Positions 1 through 14,500 of a DNA stretch of 64,000 nucleotides are shown here, piece by piece. This DNA comes from Phoronis australis. Taxonomy: Eukaryota > Animalia > Phoronida. The stretch lies in assembly GCA_002633005.1 (NCBI GenBank), contig NMRA01001015.1:1-64000 (forward strand). The letters are read 5' to 3'. The notes beneath the pieces are model-generated. The model was not told where the DNA came from, did no database searches, and saw only the letters and a program-made list of their open reading frames with translations. Position numbers and translations under genes: made by a program. Position 1 is the first letter of the stretch. Every line of letters begins with the position of its first letter.

Positions 1-3000
1 GCCCTGTCTACGACAGGTAAGGACGAGAGATGTCCACCATTTGCCTCGGCAATATAGAAGCCATTTTGCAGAAAAAATCAAAATAAAACCAAAGCAGTAC
101 GTCACGAAATACAAGTGTACAGATATCATCTTTTCGAACTAAGCACCACTATCAATTCAGTTTTCGCACCGTTGAATATTTTTTACAAAAATACTGCATT
201 CCTTTCCCGATCTACTTCATCAAGATCCGAACTATAAATCAGTAAATGGTGTTGCGAAGTAATTTCTTGCCGTCTCAACACAGGGTGCCGTTTTGGCCCT
301 ATGGAATGTTGGTTCTGATTCTGCAGTGTTCGGAAAGTAGCATTCTCATGTTCAGTGACTCAGATCACTTAAAGCTGTCGTGTTGGACATTCAGATGTGA
401 AGGGAGTCCTGAGTTTGCAACGAACAGACGGTTGTTTTTTGTTGAGACCTTGCTTATGGAGCCTGACCTCAAGCGCGAATGAACAGTCTGTTCTTTCATA
501 GTTCAGATATGTATAACTTTACCGAGTAACAACTGGAGACTATTTTCCTTTGGCTAACGGTAAGTGATTTATATAAATAAAAATTGTGGTGTTGTAAGCA
601 TAGATATAAACTCCACATCAAAGACTGCAAGCATCGTGCACTTGCACATGCCATACTGGTATTTTTGTGGACCGATTGTTCCGAATGTAGCGCTATTCAT
701 ATGGCTAAAAGAGGCAATGTACATTTGTTGCCGAGTTTTCCATCAAAATTTCACACAACACTGGATTTGCCGCCCTTCTTCCATTCAGACGAAAAGTCTG
801 TCAACAAGACAAAAGTTGTGAGTCTCTCCATTTCAAAAGCGTTACACGTGATCAAGGGAACTTTATTGTGTCTCATACATGTACGTTTTTACCCCTTCAC
901 CGAAAAATTGCGCAAAACTCGTAAAATGTGGCAGAAACGCACTACTGACAATTTTCAGTCAAAAATCACCCCTTACCAATGCATATACGAGCCAACACTA
1001 GATTCTGAAAGAAGATTTACCTAAAAGTTCCATAAATGTGGTCACAAAGTACTGCCATTCAATCATTTTTTTTGCAATTTTGGGTTGTTTGAGGGCTACC
1101 TAAAATCGCATCAGATTACTTGGTCGACGAGCGGCAATGCTACAGGGACAGCCATTCCGAAAAAATGTATCTATAGTCAAACCAGTTGGGCTTTTCTCAT
1201 TCACACCACGTTCAAATACAATTAAGCCAGATACACAGAACTTACTTGTAATGCATACCCAACTGCCGTCAAACCTGACCTATTCTACCTACAAAAAGTG
1301 TCAATTCAGTGGCCGTGGTTACAGTCTAACTGTATAATGCCACCAAAGGCATTATCAATGTCAAATCCAAATGAACTGCCGTCAAGCCTGACCTATTCCA
1401 CTAATTTATACAAAAACTCCCAATTCAGTGACCGTGGTTACAATCTAACTGTACAGTGCCACCAAAGGCATTATTAATGTCAAATCCAAATGAATGCAAT
1501 CTCTTGTTGGCTCATTGCAAACTCTAAGACATAGCCGCATGCCAAATTCGTTTTCTGAAGCACAAGGAAGTGCGATGGTGTACGAAGAATTGTGGAATGT
1601 GCACTGGTGAAAACTGAGCTGCCACGGCACGTACATGTATTAGTGTAGAGAGATGTTCTTGGGTTGCGTGAAGGCTGCGCCTTTGTCCTATAGGAAGCTG
1701 TGAAAGAACATAATTATAAGTTAACGGAGCTTGACGAGTCGAAACCCAGGTCCGTACGCGAATTCTATCCGTGCGTTACACTTCACACCAAGAAGTGCCT
1801 GACTGAAATGGACCCAAGCGCACTTTCGGAAAAACGGAATCGTAGCTATAGGAAGTTTCTTGGGACACAGTATCACCAGTATCCCCCTCAGCACGATGTG
1901 TAATGTTTGATTTAACTGCACAGAACAAACCATGTTTTTCAGATGCTGGCTTGATCCGACTAGCCTTACGGGGAATTAAGATTGGCGTGAAGGCAATTGT
2001 TGGCGCAGTAACTGGCGGTGGAACCGCTACAGTCGTTACAACGGCTGTCCTTACAGCTGCCGATCTGGCACTGAATTTAGGTAATATTTCATAGAAGAAC
2101 ATTTCATAACTTATACCTCAGTGATTTTATACCATTGTAGAACTTCGATTATCTGTCTTTTACTGGGAGGACGTTTTACTAAAATGTCATTGATAAATTC
2201 AATCAATCTTCGAATAGCATTATATGAAACCGGTCAACCAATCCTGAATCGTGTTTCGGCGACGTATTGGCTACATAGGGTGTAGCACCTAAATAGAACA
2301 GGGCGTTCTTCTTCAGACGAGCACCTGACCAACTATAAGCAAACTAAGAAACATTTTCAGTTAAACGCCTAAGAGATCGTTTCACAGTTGTTTCAAGTTT
2401 CATGCATTTTAGCACTGAAGGGAACAGTAGCCAAACTCAATGCACAATAGAAAATAATCCTTTGACAGTACGTCTATCTATGATCTAACTTTGACTAAGT
2501 TGTATGTGTACAAATCTTGCGTTTGTTTGCCTTCTCTCTATCAAGTAATATCACTCTTCTGAGCGGCACGTTAATTATAGCGTTTAATTCCTCAATTAAG
2601 TCCCCCCTGCCTCGTTCCTTCTTACCAACTGCGAAGCCAAAGCTTCCGGAAACGGTTTTCGCAGAAATTTCCGTTAGCTTCATGACGCTACTGTCATAGA
2701 TGTGAATGAACAGGTTCAGCTCAGCGAAGCAAATCCCTTTCAGGTAACGTGTTGTCCAAAGGATGCATGTACGAAAAAGAAATTTGCTCGCTGACACCAG
2801 AGATCGAGAACTTAGAGAAGGAGATGGCACCATTGTATAACCAACTGACGCTGCTGGACCAAAAGAACACCAAGACGTATAACGACCTGACGAAAAATCT
2901 GGAGAAACACAACGAGCTTGCGACAGAGGCCAACAAAATGCAAGCCCTCGTCGTGTCCATTATTCAGAAGTTGGGTGACCCCGCCAAATTAGATCGTCTT

Positions 3001-5026
3001 GGAGAGGAGTTTGAAAGAAACACAAAAAATCTGGTTAACACATTTGAAACCGAACTTCAGCAATACCAAAAGTCGATGGAAGGCAAAGCGGTGATGTCTG
3101 GAATTGCAGACTCTAGTCTTCTGCTCTATTTTGGTGCCAAACAGGCTTACACCAGCTTAAAGACGGCCGGAAAGATTTCATCTCCCAAAATGTTGAAAAC
3201 CATTAAATTTCCTAAGACAGGTCTGACGAGCTTGGCAAAACCAAAAGTTTTCACGAAGATATCGTCTTCACTGACCACAGTTAAAAACTTCTTCAAGAAA
3301 CCCAGCGTGGCCAAGTTCGCCAGCAAGGCCGCCAGTGGTGGAATGGTCCTCGGGAGTCTGGTCGGTTTGGGAGTCACGTTGGCTGTGGACATTTCTCAAG
3401 CAAAGAAGATGAGAGATTCTCTGCGCAACACGCGCGACGAGATGAAACGTACCCTTAATGAGCTGAGGAATGAAATCAACCGCGAGAAGACAACTGAGCG
3501 AGACCTAGCCGCTGCATTCCAAGACATCAGGAAGAAGCACATTGAGCTGGTTCAGATAATCAACCCTTCCTTGAAGAACAAACTCAGCACCAGCGCAGGA
3601 TCTAACTCCGCTCAACTGTACAATGTAAGTACCAAAATGTTGGGGGTCCAGCTTAAATGGCGGCATGGCATGAAATTCCCTGTTAGTATAGGATTGGTTA
3701 CCATGTCTTCCTTTTCAACACTTTCGTCGGTGTTTGACACTTCTCATCTAAATATTCAACACCTCTTTCCATGCTTACTACATATTACACATCAACTTTT
3801 GGCACGGCGCAACTGACACGGAGCAAATTGATCGGTACGTGTCAAGCGTCCGTTTACACACACAACTCACTATCTTTGGCAAGACGGAAATTGAATACTG
3901 GAGAATGGATCACACGTGCGCAGGTTTACAAATGACGGGAGTTGAAGAGACAGAGAACCTGTATTTAGGTCATTACACAAGCGCAGTTGAGATGATCCTT
4001 TCCGTCTTGCCCCAGTTTCGCGTTTAGACACATAATTGACGCGGAGGAGGATGTTCTTGCGCAAATTGCTCTACCTCAAAAACGGGTGGCAAAGTTGCCA
4101 CCGCGGTGTCAATTTTCTCCAGTTCAGTCCCGTTTACTCACGTACTTGGCTGGAACAACGCGTTCCGTGTCAGCTGATCCGTGTCAACTTTTGTAGTGTA
4201 AATGGCGCTATGGTCTCGCTGTCAGTCATGAATATTCTCCACATATTTCTGTATTCGCTCATCGCTCCGCTACAAAGCGCTGACCTGCAACACTTCCGTT
4301 CTCAGTAGATGTTTTCAACTGACTTTGCTTTAATTCTAAACTAAGGGGACCGCGAATGAATTAGAAAACTAATAAACGTCATGACTGAAGCGATTCTCGA
4401 ATACTGTTGATGGGAGAGTTCGCGTACTTCGCCGGCACCTCCCCTTGCTACGGGCCTTTGAGGGAATTGCAACAGTTTACCTTAAAAGCTCACGTCACGT
4501 TGCAAATCATTTAACCTGTTTTAAGGTGTACCCGTGGCAAAAGCTTTTCAGTGCCAATTCAAATGAAGTTCCTCAATGAAACGTTCCTTGTTTTGCAAGT
4601 TGTTGCGTTTTCACCTAAGTTGTGGTATCAAAATCAGTGCCTTTCCATAAAACCTCTTTCCTTTGTGGCACAAACGGTCGATCCAACTGTGTACTTCTTC
4701 AATGGCCTATTTCTTTCAACCAACATGAAACATCGTTCGGTTTCCTTACAATGTATGCGTCTGTCACATTCTAGTACCAAGTCCAGGCTTTGGCTGTGTT
4801 CAGAAGACTCAACGCTGAGCTTACTAAGATGGAAATCAATTTCTCAGTTATCGAGGAGGTTACAGCCGGTGTAGAGATGGGAGATGATTTGAACCGCATT
4901 CGAACCACTATCCAACGAAAAGGACTGGGATCTTTCAACGAAGGGGAGATCTTGAACATCATTGCTGAACAGTTCCCCAGCAAAACCTCCTACAAGGGAA
5001 AAGACCTTAAAAGATATAGAGGTTAA
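1..5026 (+). CDS. Secreted cationic coiled-coil protein, tandem copy 1 (5'-partial; exons <1-16, 1943-2080, 2744-3624, 4775-5026)
   Basis: GT-AG bounded exons with compatible phases (1,1,0) join into one open frame. Exon lengths 138/881/252 are identical to copy 2. Function not recognised. Confidence 0.85.
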
Positions 5027-6832
5027 ACGGAAAGTGGCAACGTTTTTCAATAATTTCTTGTAAATTTTGGTAGAATAATACCGATTTTTATTGCAAATGA
5101 GTTATTATTGAAAAGGTGAAAAGTACTGAATTCCAGACCACTGAATGCAGTATTTCAGGATACGCTATCCAGCTGACCGGAATTTTGTACTTTCAATAAA
5201 AAGTAGATTACGAAAAAAGTCATGCGAATTGATTTCGGATCACTATCGAAGTACATGTAAGCGTCAGTTTCGGAGTTTCTTGGATAAATCGAAGGTTTTC
5301 TCGTGCAACAAGGTTTACGAAAATCTTGAGTAACGTCTCTCCTAAGTCAGTTTTTATCTTTTTCCTATTTTATTTGCAATGTGAGTTGAACAGTTTTAAT
5401 TCGTAGATCATATTTTACAAATTTTCCTGTCCTGTATTTTGGTTTTTGCCTTTATAGCAAATCTGAAATTACCTCGCTGTTTTGGATTGTCCTACTTTTT
5501 AAAAAAAAAAACCGCCACACCATGTAAATGCCCCGCTTTTTAACACTCTGCCAAGTTCACATTATTATCATAATTTCCCTTGCGACATATCCTTATGTTC
5601 CCGCTCGACTAAAAATAAAAAGACGGGCCNCTCAGATATCGGTCAGGTTTCTTTTCTTTTTAATCCACCCATAGATTTTGCGAACAGAAAGCGCACATCT
5701 TCGGCTCCCGCAACTTTCGGGCCGCCTTTGCATACAATCGCGCTTTGCTCAATTTCCCAAGACAAACATAATGCCCCCCCCCCTTATGTTATCATAGATC
5801 TGCCACTGATCTACGGTGTTGTCAGAATCGTCAAAAACATCAAAACAGCCTATCTTTGAACGAGTGAAACCCACCCACAATTAACTTTATCAAGAATTTT
5901 TTAAATTTAAAAAGACTTTTTTGTTACAAAATATTCGTCCGCGGTCGTAGGAAGCGTAGTGATTTATCTTGTACACATCGGAAGCGAACAAATGAAAGAA
6001 ATAGAGTAAAACATTCAAATTTGGCCACGTGACTTAAAATGCAACCAGTTTTTTATTTCATTAGCACAACAGTTTTGAACTTGAGCTATTTTGTTTGTGG
6101 CGTATACAAGATTGTGATTAGTTTCAGCGTGAATTGTCCTATTGCATGATCAAAAACTTATATGGGCAATCAGTTGAGAGATGCGACAGAGAGATGATGG
6201 AAGAACCAAAAACATTTTATGTGCCCGAAGACGCTGGTTTGTTGTTCCTTTAACGATATGTCAGCAGGGCTTGGCAGCAGCTGACGAATTTTAAGCGATA
6301 TCCTATCGTAGGGATTATCACGAAGAGACGTAAAATGTTTGAGACTTCACACATGCTGTTATTCCTGACTTTCGGGCAAGCTGGTAAGTGTGCAAACTTC
6401 AGTGACTACATTCCCGTCGTGACTTAAGCAAAACAGATCTCAATCTGCTCTCATGCGATACCTGGGATAAGATTTGAGCCTAAAAAATTGTTTTTATCAA
6501 ATGAAATTCTGTCAGTTTCGTCCAGTTTTCCCAATAAAGTTTCATGAAACAGTGTTGGTTTTCATGAGTAACGTATTCGAAGATGTTTTTAAACGTCTTT
6601 CATCCATTCATGCACATATACATACTAGTAACATACGTACATATAAATACGTCCTGAAGAAAATATGATACTGATTAGTTATTTTTTGTCATTTCTGTAG
6701 TTGATGAAGTTACAAATTTTACTAATTTCATGTGACTGTGAATGTTTCCAATTTCTGAGAGCAAAAGTTATGAGTAATGCACTGTCACTGTTAACACGTT
6801 GCAAATGTTTTCAGGTGTGAAGTACTGGCGCT

Positions 6833-9800
6833 ATGAAGGTTTCCTTGATAGTAACGCTGTTGGTGGTGGCTCTTGCCCTGTCTACGACAGGTAAGGACGA
6901 GAGATGTCCACCATTTGCCTCGGCAATATAGAAGCCATTTTGCAGAAAAATCCAAACTAAAAGCAAAGCAGTACGTCACGAAATACAAGTGTGCAGATAT
7001 CATCTTTCCGAACTAAGCACCACTATCAATTCAGTTTCCGCACCATTCAAATTTTTTTACAAAAAGACTGCATCCCTTTCTCGATATACTTCATCAAGAT
7101 CCGAACTATAAACCAATAAATGGTGTTGCGAAGAAATTTCTTGCCTTCTCAACACAGGGTGCCGTTTTGGCCCTGTACAATGTTGGTTCTGATTTTCCAG
7201 TGTTCGGAAAGTAACATCCTCATGTTCTGCTACGTTCAAGATCTGGACACTTTTGACTCAGATTACTTAAAGCTGTCGTATTGGTCATTCAGATGAGAAG
7301 GGAGTCCTGGGTTTGCAAGGAACAGACAGTTTGTTTTTGTTGAGAACTTGCTTAAGGAGCCCGCCTGACCTCAAGCGCTAATGAACAGTATGTTCTTTCT
7401 AAGTTCTGATATACAGTGTATATAACTTGACCGAGGAACAACTTGAGACTATTTTCCTTTGGCTAACGGTAAGTGATTTATATAAATAAAAATTGTGGTT
7501 TTGTAAGCATAGATATAAACTCCACATCAAAGACTGCAAGCATCGTGCACCAGCACGTGCCATACTGGTATTTTTGTTGAACGATTGTTCCGAATGTAGC
7601 GCTACGTTACTCATGTGGCTTGCTTCTTCTAAAAGAGGCACTGTACATTTCTTGCTGAGTTTTCCATGCAAAACTTCACACAACACTAGATTTGCCGCCT
7701 TTCTTCCATTGTGACGAAACGTCTATCAACAAGTTGAAAAGCTACGAGTCGTTCCACTTTAAAAGCTTTACGTGACCAAGGGAACTTTATTTTGTCTCAT
7801 ATGTTTGACCCCTTCACTTCCACCGAAAAATTGCTCAAAACTCATAAAAATGTGGCAGAAACGCACTACTGACAATTTTCAGTCCAAACCCACCACTTTC
7901 GAATGCATATAAGAGCCAACACCAGATTCTGAAAGAGAATTTACCTAAAAGTTCCCGAAATGTGGTCCCAAAGTACTGCCATTCAATATTTTTTGCAAAT
8001 GAGGGTTGTTTGAGCGCCAATTAAAATCGCAGCAGGTTCCGTGGCCGAAGAGCGACAATGCTACAGGGACCGCCATTCCGAAAAAGTGTATCTATAGTCA
8101 AACTAGTTGACTTTTCTCATTCAAACCATGTTCAAATACAATTCGACTTAAGCCAGATACAAAGAACTTACTTGTAATGCATATCTAACTGCCGTGCGAA
8201 GCCTGACCTGTTCCACATAATTTATACAAAAAGTGCCAATTCAGTGGCCGCGGTTACAGTCTAACTGTACAATGCTACCAAAGGCATTATCAATGTCGAA
8301 TTCAAATGAATGCAGTCTCTCGTTGGCTCATTGTAAGCACTAAGACGTAACAGCATGCAAAATTCGGTAATATCGTTTTTTGAAATATAAGGAAGTGCGA
8401 TGGCGTACGAGAATTGTGGAATGTGCACTAGTGAAAAGTGAGCTGCCACGGCACGTACATGTATTAGTGGAGAGAGATGTTCTTGGTTTGCGTGAAGACT
8501 GCGCCTTTGTCCTATAGGAAGCTGTGAAACATATCAGATAACTGAGTTTGCTGAGTCGAAACCCAGATCCGTACGCGAATTCTATTCGTGCGTTGCCCGA
8601 CTGAAATGAACCCAAGCGCACTTTCGGCAAAACGTTACCGTAGCTACAGGCAGTTTTTTGACACAGTATCACTAGTACAGCGAGCGGTAATAATTCCCCA
8701 CAGCACGTTGTGTAATGTACATTTAGCTATACAGAACAAACCATGTATTTCAGATGCTGGATTGATCCGACTAGCCATACGGGGAATTAAGATTGGCGTG
8801 AAGGCAATTGTTGGCGCAGTAACTGGCGGTGGAACCGCTACAGTCGTTACAACGGCTGTCCTCACAGCTGCCGATCTGGCACTGAATTTAGGTAATATTT
8901 CATAGAAGAAATTTTCATAACTGATACGTTCGCATGGGCGGCGCAGCACTGAAAAAAGTGGGGGCTAAAGACACCCCAGCCCCCCCCCCTGTGGTGCACT
9001 GCCTATAGACCATGTGCGGCGTAGCACAGGAAAAAGTGGGTGGGCTATAGCACCCCAGCCCCCTTTGGTGCGCCACCCATGCTTAGTGACTTAATATCAT
9101 TGTAGAATTTCGATTTTCTGTCTTTTACTGGGAGGACGTTTTATGTCATTGATGAATTCAATCGAGTCTTTGAATAGCATGTAGTCGGTCAATCAATCCT
9201 GAACCTTGTTTGGGCGGATGTACTGGCTGCATAGGGTGTAGCACCTAAAGAGAACAGGGCGATCTACTTCAGACGTGCACGTGACCTACTATAAGCAGAC
9301 TACCAAAGATATTCAGTTGAATACCTGAAAGATCGCTTCACGGTTGTTTCAAGTTTCACGCATTTTCGCACTGAAAGGAACAGTAGGCAAGCTTAAGTGT
9401 TTGTGGTCGTTTTTATACTAACACAATAGAAAAGAATCCTTTGAGGGTACGTCTATCTATGATTTAACTTTGAAGTTCTATGTTTGGTTCTTCAATTAAG
9501 TCCCCCCATCCCGTCTTACCAACTGCGAAGCCAAAACTTCAGGAAAGTTTTCGCAGAAATTTCCGTTAGCATCATGACGTATTTGTCATAGATGTGGATG
9601 AACAGGTTCAGCTCAGCGAAGCAAATCCCTTTCAGGTAACGTGTTGTCCAAAGGATGCATGTACGAAAAAGAAATTTGTTCGCTGACACCAGAGATCGAG
9701 AACTTAGAGAAGCAGATGGTACCATTGTATAACCAACTGACGCTGCTGGATCAAAAGAACACCAAGACGTATAACGACCTGACGAAAAATCTGGAGAAAC

Positions 9801-11521
9801 ACAACGAGCTTGCGACAGAGGCCAACAAAATGCAAGCCCTCGTCGTGTCCATTATTCAGAAGTTGGGTGACCCCGCCAAATTAGATCGTCTCGGACAGGA
9901 GTTTGAAAGAAACACCAAAAATATGGTTAATACATTTAAAACCGAACTTCAGCAATACCAAAAGTCGATGGAAGGCAAAGCGGTGATGTCTGGAATTGCA
10001 GACTCTAGTCTTTTGCTCTACTTTGGTGCCAAACAGGCTTACACCAGCTTAAAGACGGCCGGAAAGATTTCATCTCCCAAAATGTTGAAAACCATTAAAT
10101 TTCCTAAGACAGGTCTGACGAGCTTGGCAAAACCAAAAGTTATCACGAAGATATCGTCTTCACTGACCACAGTTAAAAACTTCTTCAAGAAACCCAGCGT
10201 GGCCAAGTTCGCCAGCAAGGCCGCCAGTGGTGGAATGGTCCTCGGGAGTCTGGTCGGTTTGGGAGTCACGTTGGCTGTGGACATTTCTCAAGCAAAGAAG
10301 ATGAAAAATTCTCTGCGCAACACGCGCGACGAGATGAAACGTACCCTTAATGAGCTGAGGAATGAAATCAACCGCGAGAAGACAACTGAGCGAGACCTAG
10401 CCACTGCATTCCAAGACATCAGGAAGAAGCACATAGAGCTGGTTCAGATCATCAACCCTTCCTTGAAGAACAAACTCAGCACCAGCGCAGGATCTAACTC
10501 CGCTCAACTGTACAATGTAAGTACATGTTGAATCCAGTATTTTCTGTTGGGGCTCCAACTTAAATACGGCATGGCAAGCCTGAAATTCCCTGTTAGAAAG
10601 TCTTAAGAATTGGTTACCATATCTTCCTTGTCAACACTTCCGTCGGTGTTCGACACTTCTCCTCTAAATATTTAACATCGCTTGCCATGTCTACTTCATG
10701 TTACACACCTTATAGTCTCGCTATCATGAATATTCTCCACACATTTCTGTATTCGTTCATTATTTCGCAACAACGCGCTGACCTGCAACACTTCCGTTCT
10801 CAGTAGATGTTTTCAGCTGACTTTGCTTTGTGTATTTTATTTTAAACTAAGGGGACAGTGACTGAATTAAACGCCATGACTGAAGCAATTCTCAAATACT
10901 GTTGATGGGAGCGTTCACGTACTTCGCCGGCCCCTCCCCTTGCTGCGGGCCTGTGAGGGAATTGCAACAGTTTACCTTCAAACCTCACGTCGCATTGAAA
11001 ATCATTTAACCTGTTTCTGGGCGTACTACGTGGCACAAGCTTTTCAACGCCAATTCAAATGAAGCTACTCAATGAAGCGTTTCTAGTTTTGCAAGTTATT
11101 GCGTGTTCATCGAAGTTGCGGTATCAAAATCAGTGCCTTTTCATAAAACCTCTTTCCTTTGTGGCGTAGACGCTCGATCCAACTGTGTGCTTCTTCAATG
11201 GTCTATTTTTATAATCAAACGTGAAAGGTCGTTCAGTTTCCTTAAAAGAATGCTTTTGTCACTTTCTAGTACCAAGTCCAGGCTTTGGCTGTGTTCAGAA
11301 GACTCAACGCTGAGCTTACTAAGATGGAAATCAATTTCTCAGTCATCGAGGAGGTTACAGCCGGTGTAGAGATGGGAGATGATTTGAACCGCATTCGAAC
11401 CACTATCCAGCGAAAGGGACTGGGATCTTTCAACGAAGGGGAGATCTTGAACATCATTGCTGAACAGTTCCCTAGCAAAACTTCCTACAAGGGAAAAGAC
11501 CTTAAAAGATATAGAGGGTAA
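6833..11521 (+). CDS. Secreted cationic coiled-coil protein, tandem copy 2, 442 aa (exons 6833-6890, 8754-8891, 9636-10516, 11270-11521); possible alpha-helical pore-forming/cytolytic protein
   Basis: Signal peptide MKVSLIVTLLVVALALSTTDA, then GLIRLAIRGIKIGVKAIVGAV..., heptad-rich helices and hydrophobic segments AVMSGIADSSLLLYFGA and GGMVLGSLVGLGVTLAVDI. Spliced length 1329 nt in one frame. Gene structure is seen directly; function is inference. Confidence 0.85.
8933..9081. mobile_element. MITE (CATGGGCGGCGCA...TGCGCCACCCATG family) in intron of copy 2
   Basis: Terminal inverted repeats; absent from the equivalent intron of copy 1 (~2115); related to the element at 35920-36063. Confidence 0.7.
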
Positions 11522-14500
11522 ACGGAAAGTGGCAACGTTTTGAAATAATTTCTTGTAAATTTTAGCAAAACAATACTGATTTTATTGCAAATGAGTTATT
11601 AAAAATAAGAAATGTGCAAAATTCCAGACCACTGAATGCAGTATTTGAGGATACGCTATCCATCGTACCGGAATTTCGTACTTTCGACATGAAGTAGATT
11701 ATGAAAGAAGTCATGCGAATTGATTTTGTATCACTATCGAAGTACATGTAAGCATTAGAGTCGGAGTTTCTTGGATAAATCGAAGGTTTTCTCGTGCAAC
11801 AGGATTTGCGAAAAAACTTGAGTAACGACTATCCTAAGTCAGTTGTTTGTCCGATTTTATTTGCAATGCGAGTTGAACAGTTTTAACTTATCGATCATTT
11901 TTATAAACTTTTTTTTTGTATTTTGGTTTTTGCCTTCATAGCAAAACTGAAATTCCCCCGCTGTTGTTGGATGGTCCCACTTTTTTAATTTTTTTCCGCC
12001 ACACCATTTTTAAAATGTCCCGCTTTTTGACACACGGCCAAATTTACATATTATCATGTACTGATATATTTTCCCACGTGACACATCCATATGTTCCGGC
12101 TTCACTACAAAATAAAAACGAAACGTTTCATGGGTTTTTGCTACCGGTAATTTCCCATTCAACTATAAAAAAATAACAAAAACTGCTTGTGGGGCACCTT
12201 TGGGTGTTACATCTCCCGTTCGACAGAAAACACTGCCGGTACGTCTTTGTGTGTTGCCGCAAACATTTCACCTTAAGTTTTGGCTTATACACATTTTCCG
12301 CTTTTTGTCCTGAAGTCAATACAGCGCTTCCGTTTTCTCGTTATTGAATGTTGACCGTGACAACTATGCAACAGGTGTTCAAAATGATATTATCTTTTTT
12401 AGGAATATTGTTATTTTCCAGAGTCTACAATCGTAAAAATGTATTCCAATGTCTCTTGTTTGCGGTAACTTACATTACATGTATCAGGTTCACTAACTTT
12501 ACTTTCTGAAGAAAAGAGTTCATATGTAAACTTTTATGTAAAGTCCAACACTACTACCAATATGATGAGCTATCTACAGCACATTTCAAAGCTGCGTAAC
12601 AGATGTTTGTCCATTTTTATCCATATGAAAACCTTTATCAGCAAATTACAGATAGATAGGTGTAGTAGTTTATCGCATTTTTCGTAAAAGTCAAGAGCTG
12701 CATTCTGAATTTCTACTCAAGAATGTATTTGTATCAAAGGGCACCAATGGCCCAATTAATTATAATATATACAGATGTATAATTTTGGATGAATATCTGA
12801 CTAAATTATCCACGGCAAGTGTGATGGGTCCATATTCTAAAACCTTGGGACTTTATAGGGTAGAAATCTTTTTGAATCATTGAAACTATTTCCCCAATGG
12901 CATAAGTAGTCATTTATATATTTAATTTCTCTAGTTCATTTCCATTTTATGTTACTATTACACGCTGTTATTTTTTGCATTTTGATTACATAATTGTTTC
13001 TTAAACCAGTCAGGTATACGGAATGATAATAACTTATGAATTAAATTATTCACCTTGTGCTTCTAGTATAACCAACTAAAGAACTGACAATGTGTTTTCT
13101 AATGAGATGGCTCTTATGCAATTCGTTTGAAAAACGAAGGAGTTGGGAAAAGTTTTAATGACAGTAATTCCACAGCAAATGAACAAACAACTCTTACGCA
13201 TGCGTGGCGCAACCTCAGCGACCGCGAAATAGGAGTTGGCATTCCAGGCGCGCGTTCTGTAACGCTTAGAGGACCTAGCTAAAATCTATACGAAGTCACG
13301 TGCTACCATTCAAATTACACGACAATATCTCACGTAATCCCGCGAAGTCTTGGTTTTTAGCAAGGTCCTAGTGTTACTAAACGCCGGGGAGGCAGGGCTA
13401 GAATTCTATAGTCGCACCTACCGTATTAGCGTAATCAGGCGCAGTGTGCCTAATTGCGGGACCTCGCTTAGGCGCATGCCGGTCTATATGCGGAACAGTG
13501 TTGAATAGAACTTGCGTTGATCACGGTGCTCCGGATATAGGGTCACCTTCAATGTTTAAAAAATTCCTAGTTTGCACGTGGACACAAGCAGAAAGCGAGT
13601 CATAAATGGTAGATTTGGATTGGACGTGAGAGCCAGTGCCAGGGTAGTAAACAGACTCAGGTTGAACAATCACGACTAGATAGCAGTTAAAATGCTGTAG
13701 CAGTTGAGTATATGTGGAGTTGGGCCAAGTGTAGGCTAATATTACGTAAGTCGTTCCCGAAAATAAAGGTTGTAATGAGTTTCTTATTGTAAAGTTTTAG
13801 AATTTACAAAAGCGACGAATTTTATATTGTTTTGCATGCGCGCACCCAGGGCCGGGGAGTCGGGGGGCTCGAACGAGACCCCCATTTGGCGAAGTGGGCA
13901 AAAAGGTCCGCCTCTGAGAGACAAAAAGTCCGGGAAAATGGGACAAAAGTCTACTAAACAAGCGTAAACGTGCACTCCACAGTGGCGCTCCCGTTTTNAT
14001 TTCACCTTAAGTTTTGGCTTATACACATTTTCCGCTTTTTGTCCTGAAGTCAATACAGCGCTTCCGTTTTCTCGTTATTGAATGTTGACCGTGACAACTA
14101 TGCAACAGGTGTTCAAAATAATAATGTCTTTTTTAGGAATATTGTTATTTTCCAGAGTCTACAATCGTAAAAATGTATTCCAATGTCTCTTGTTAGCGGT
14201 AACTTACATTACATGTATCAGGTTCACTAACTTTACTTTCTGAAGAAAAGAGTTCATATGTAAACTTTTATGTCAAGTCCAACACTACTACCAATATGAT
14301 GAGCTATCTACAGTACATTTCAGAGCTGCGTAACAGATGTTTGTCCATTTTTATCCATATGAAAACCTTTATCAGCAAATTTCAGATAGATAGATGTTGT
14401 AGTTTATCGCATTTTTCGTAAATGTCAAGAGCTGCATTCTGAATTTCTACTCAAGAATGTATTTGTATCAAAGGGCACCAATGGCCCAATTAATTATAAT

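Noticed and set aside
3625-3816. C-terminal extension of the 355-aa ORF
   Set aside because: Read-through into the intron after a GTAAGT donor; copy 2 stops after a few codons.
6334-6383. Upstream ATG exon with strong donor (MFETSHMLLFLTFGQA)
   Set aside because: Spliced to the 6815 acceptor it is out of frame with the signal-peptide ORF and stops in the next exon; at most a 5'-UTR exon or uORF.
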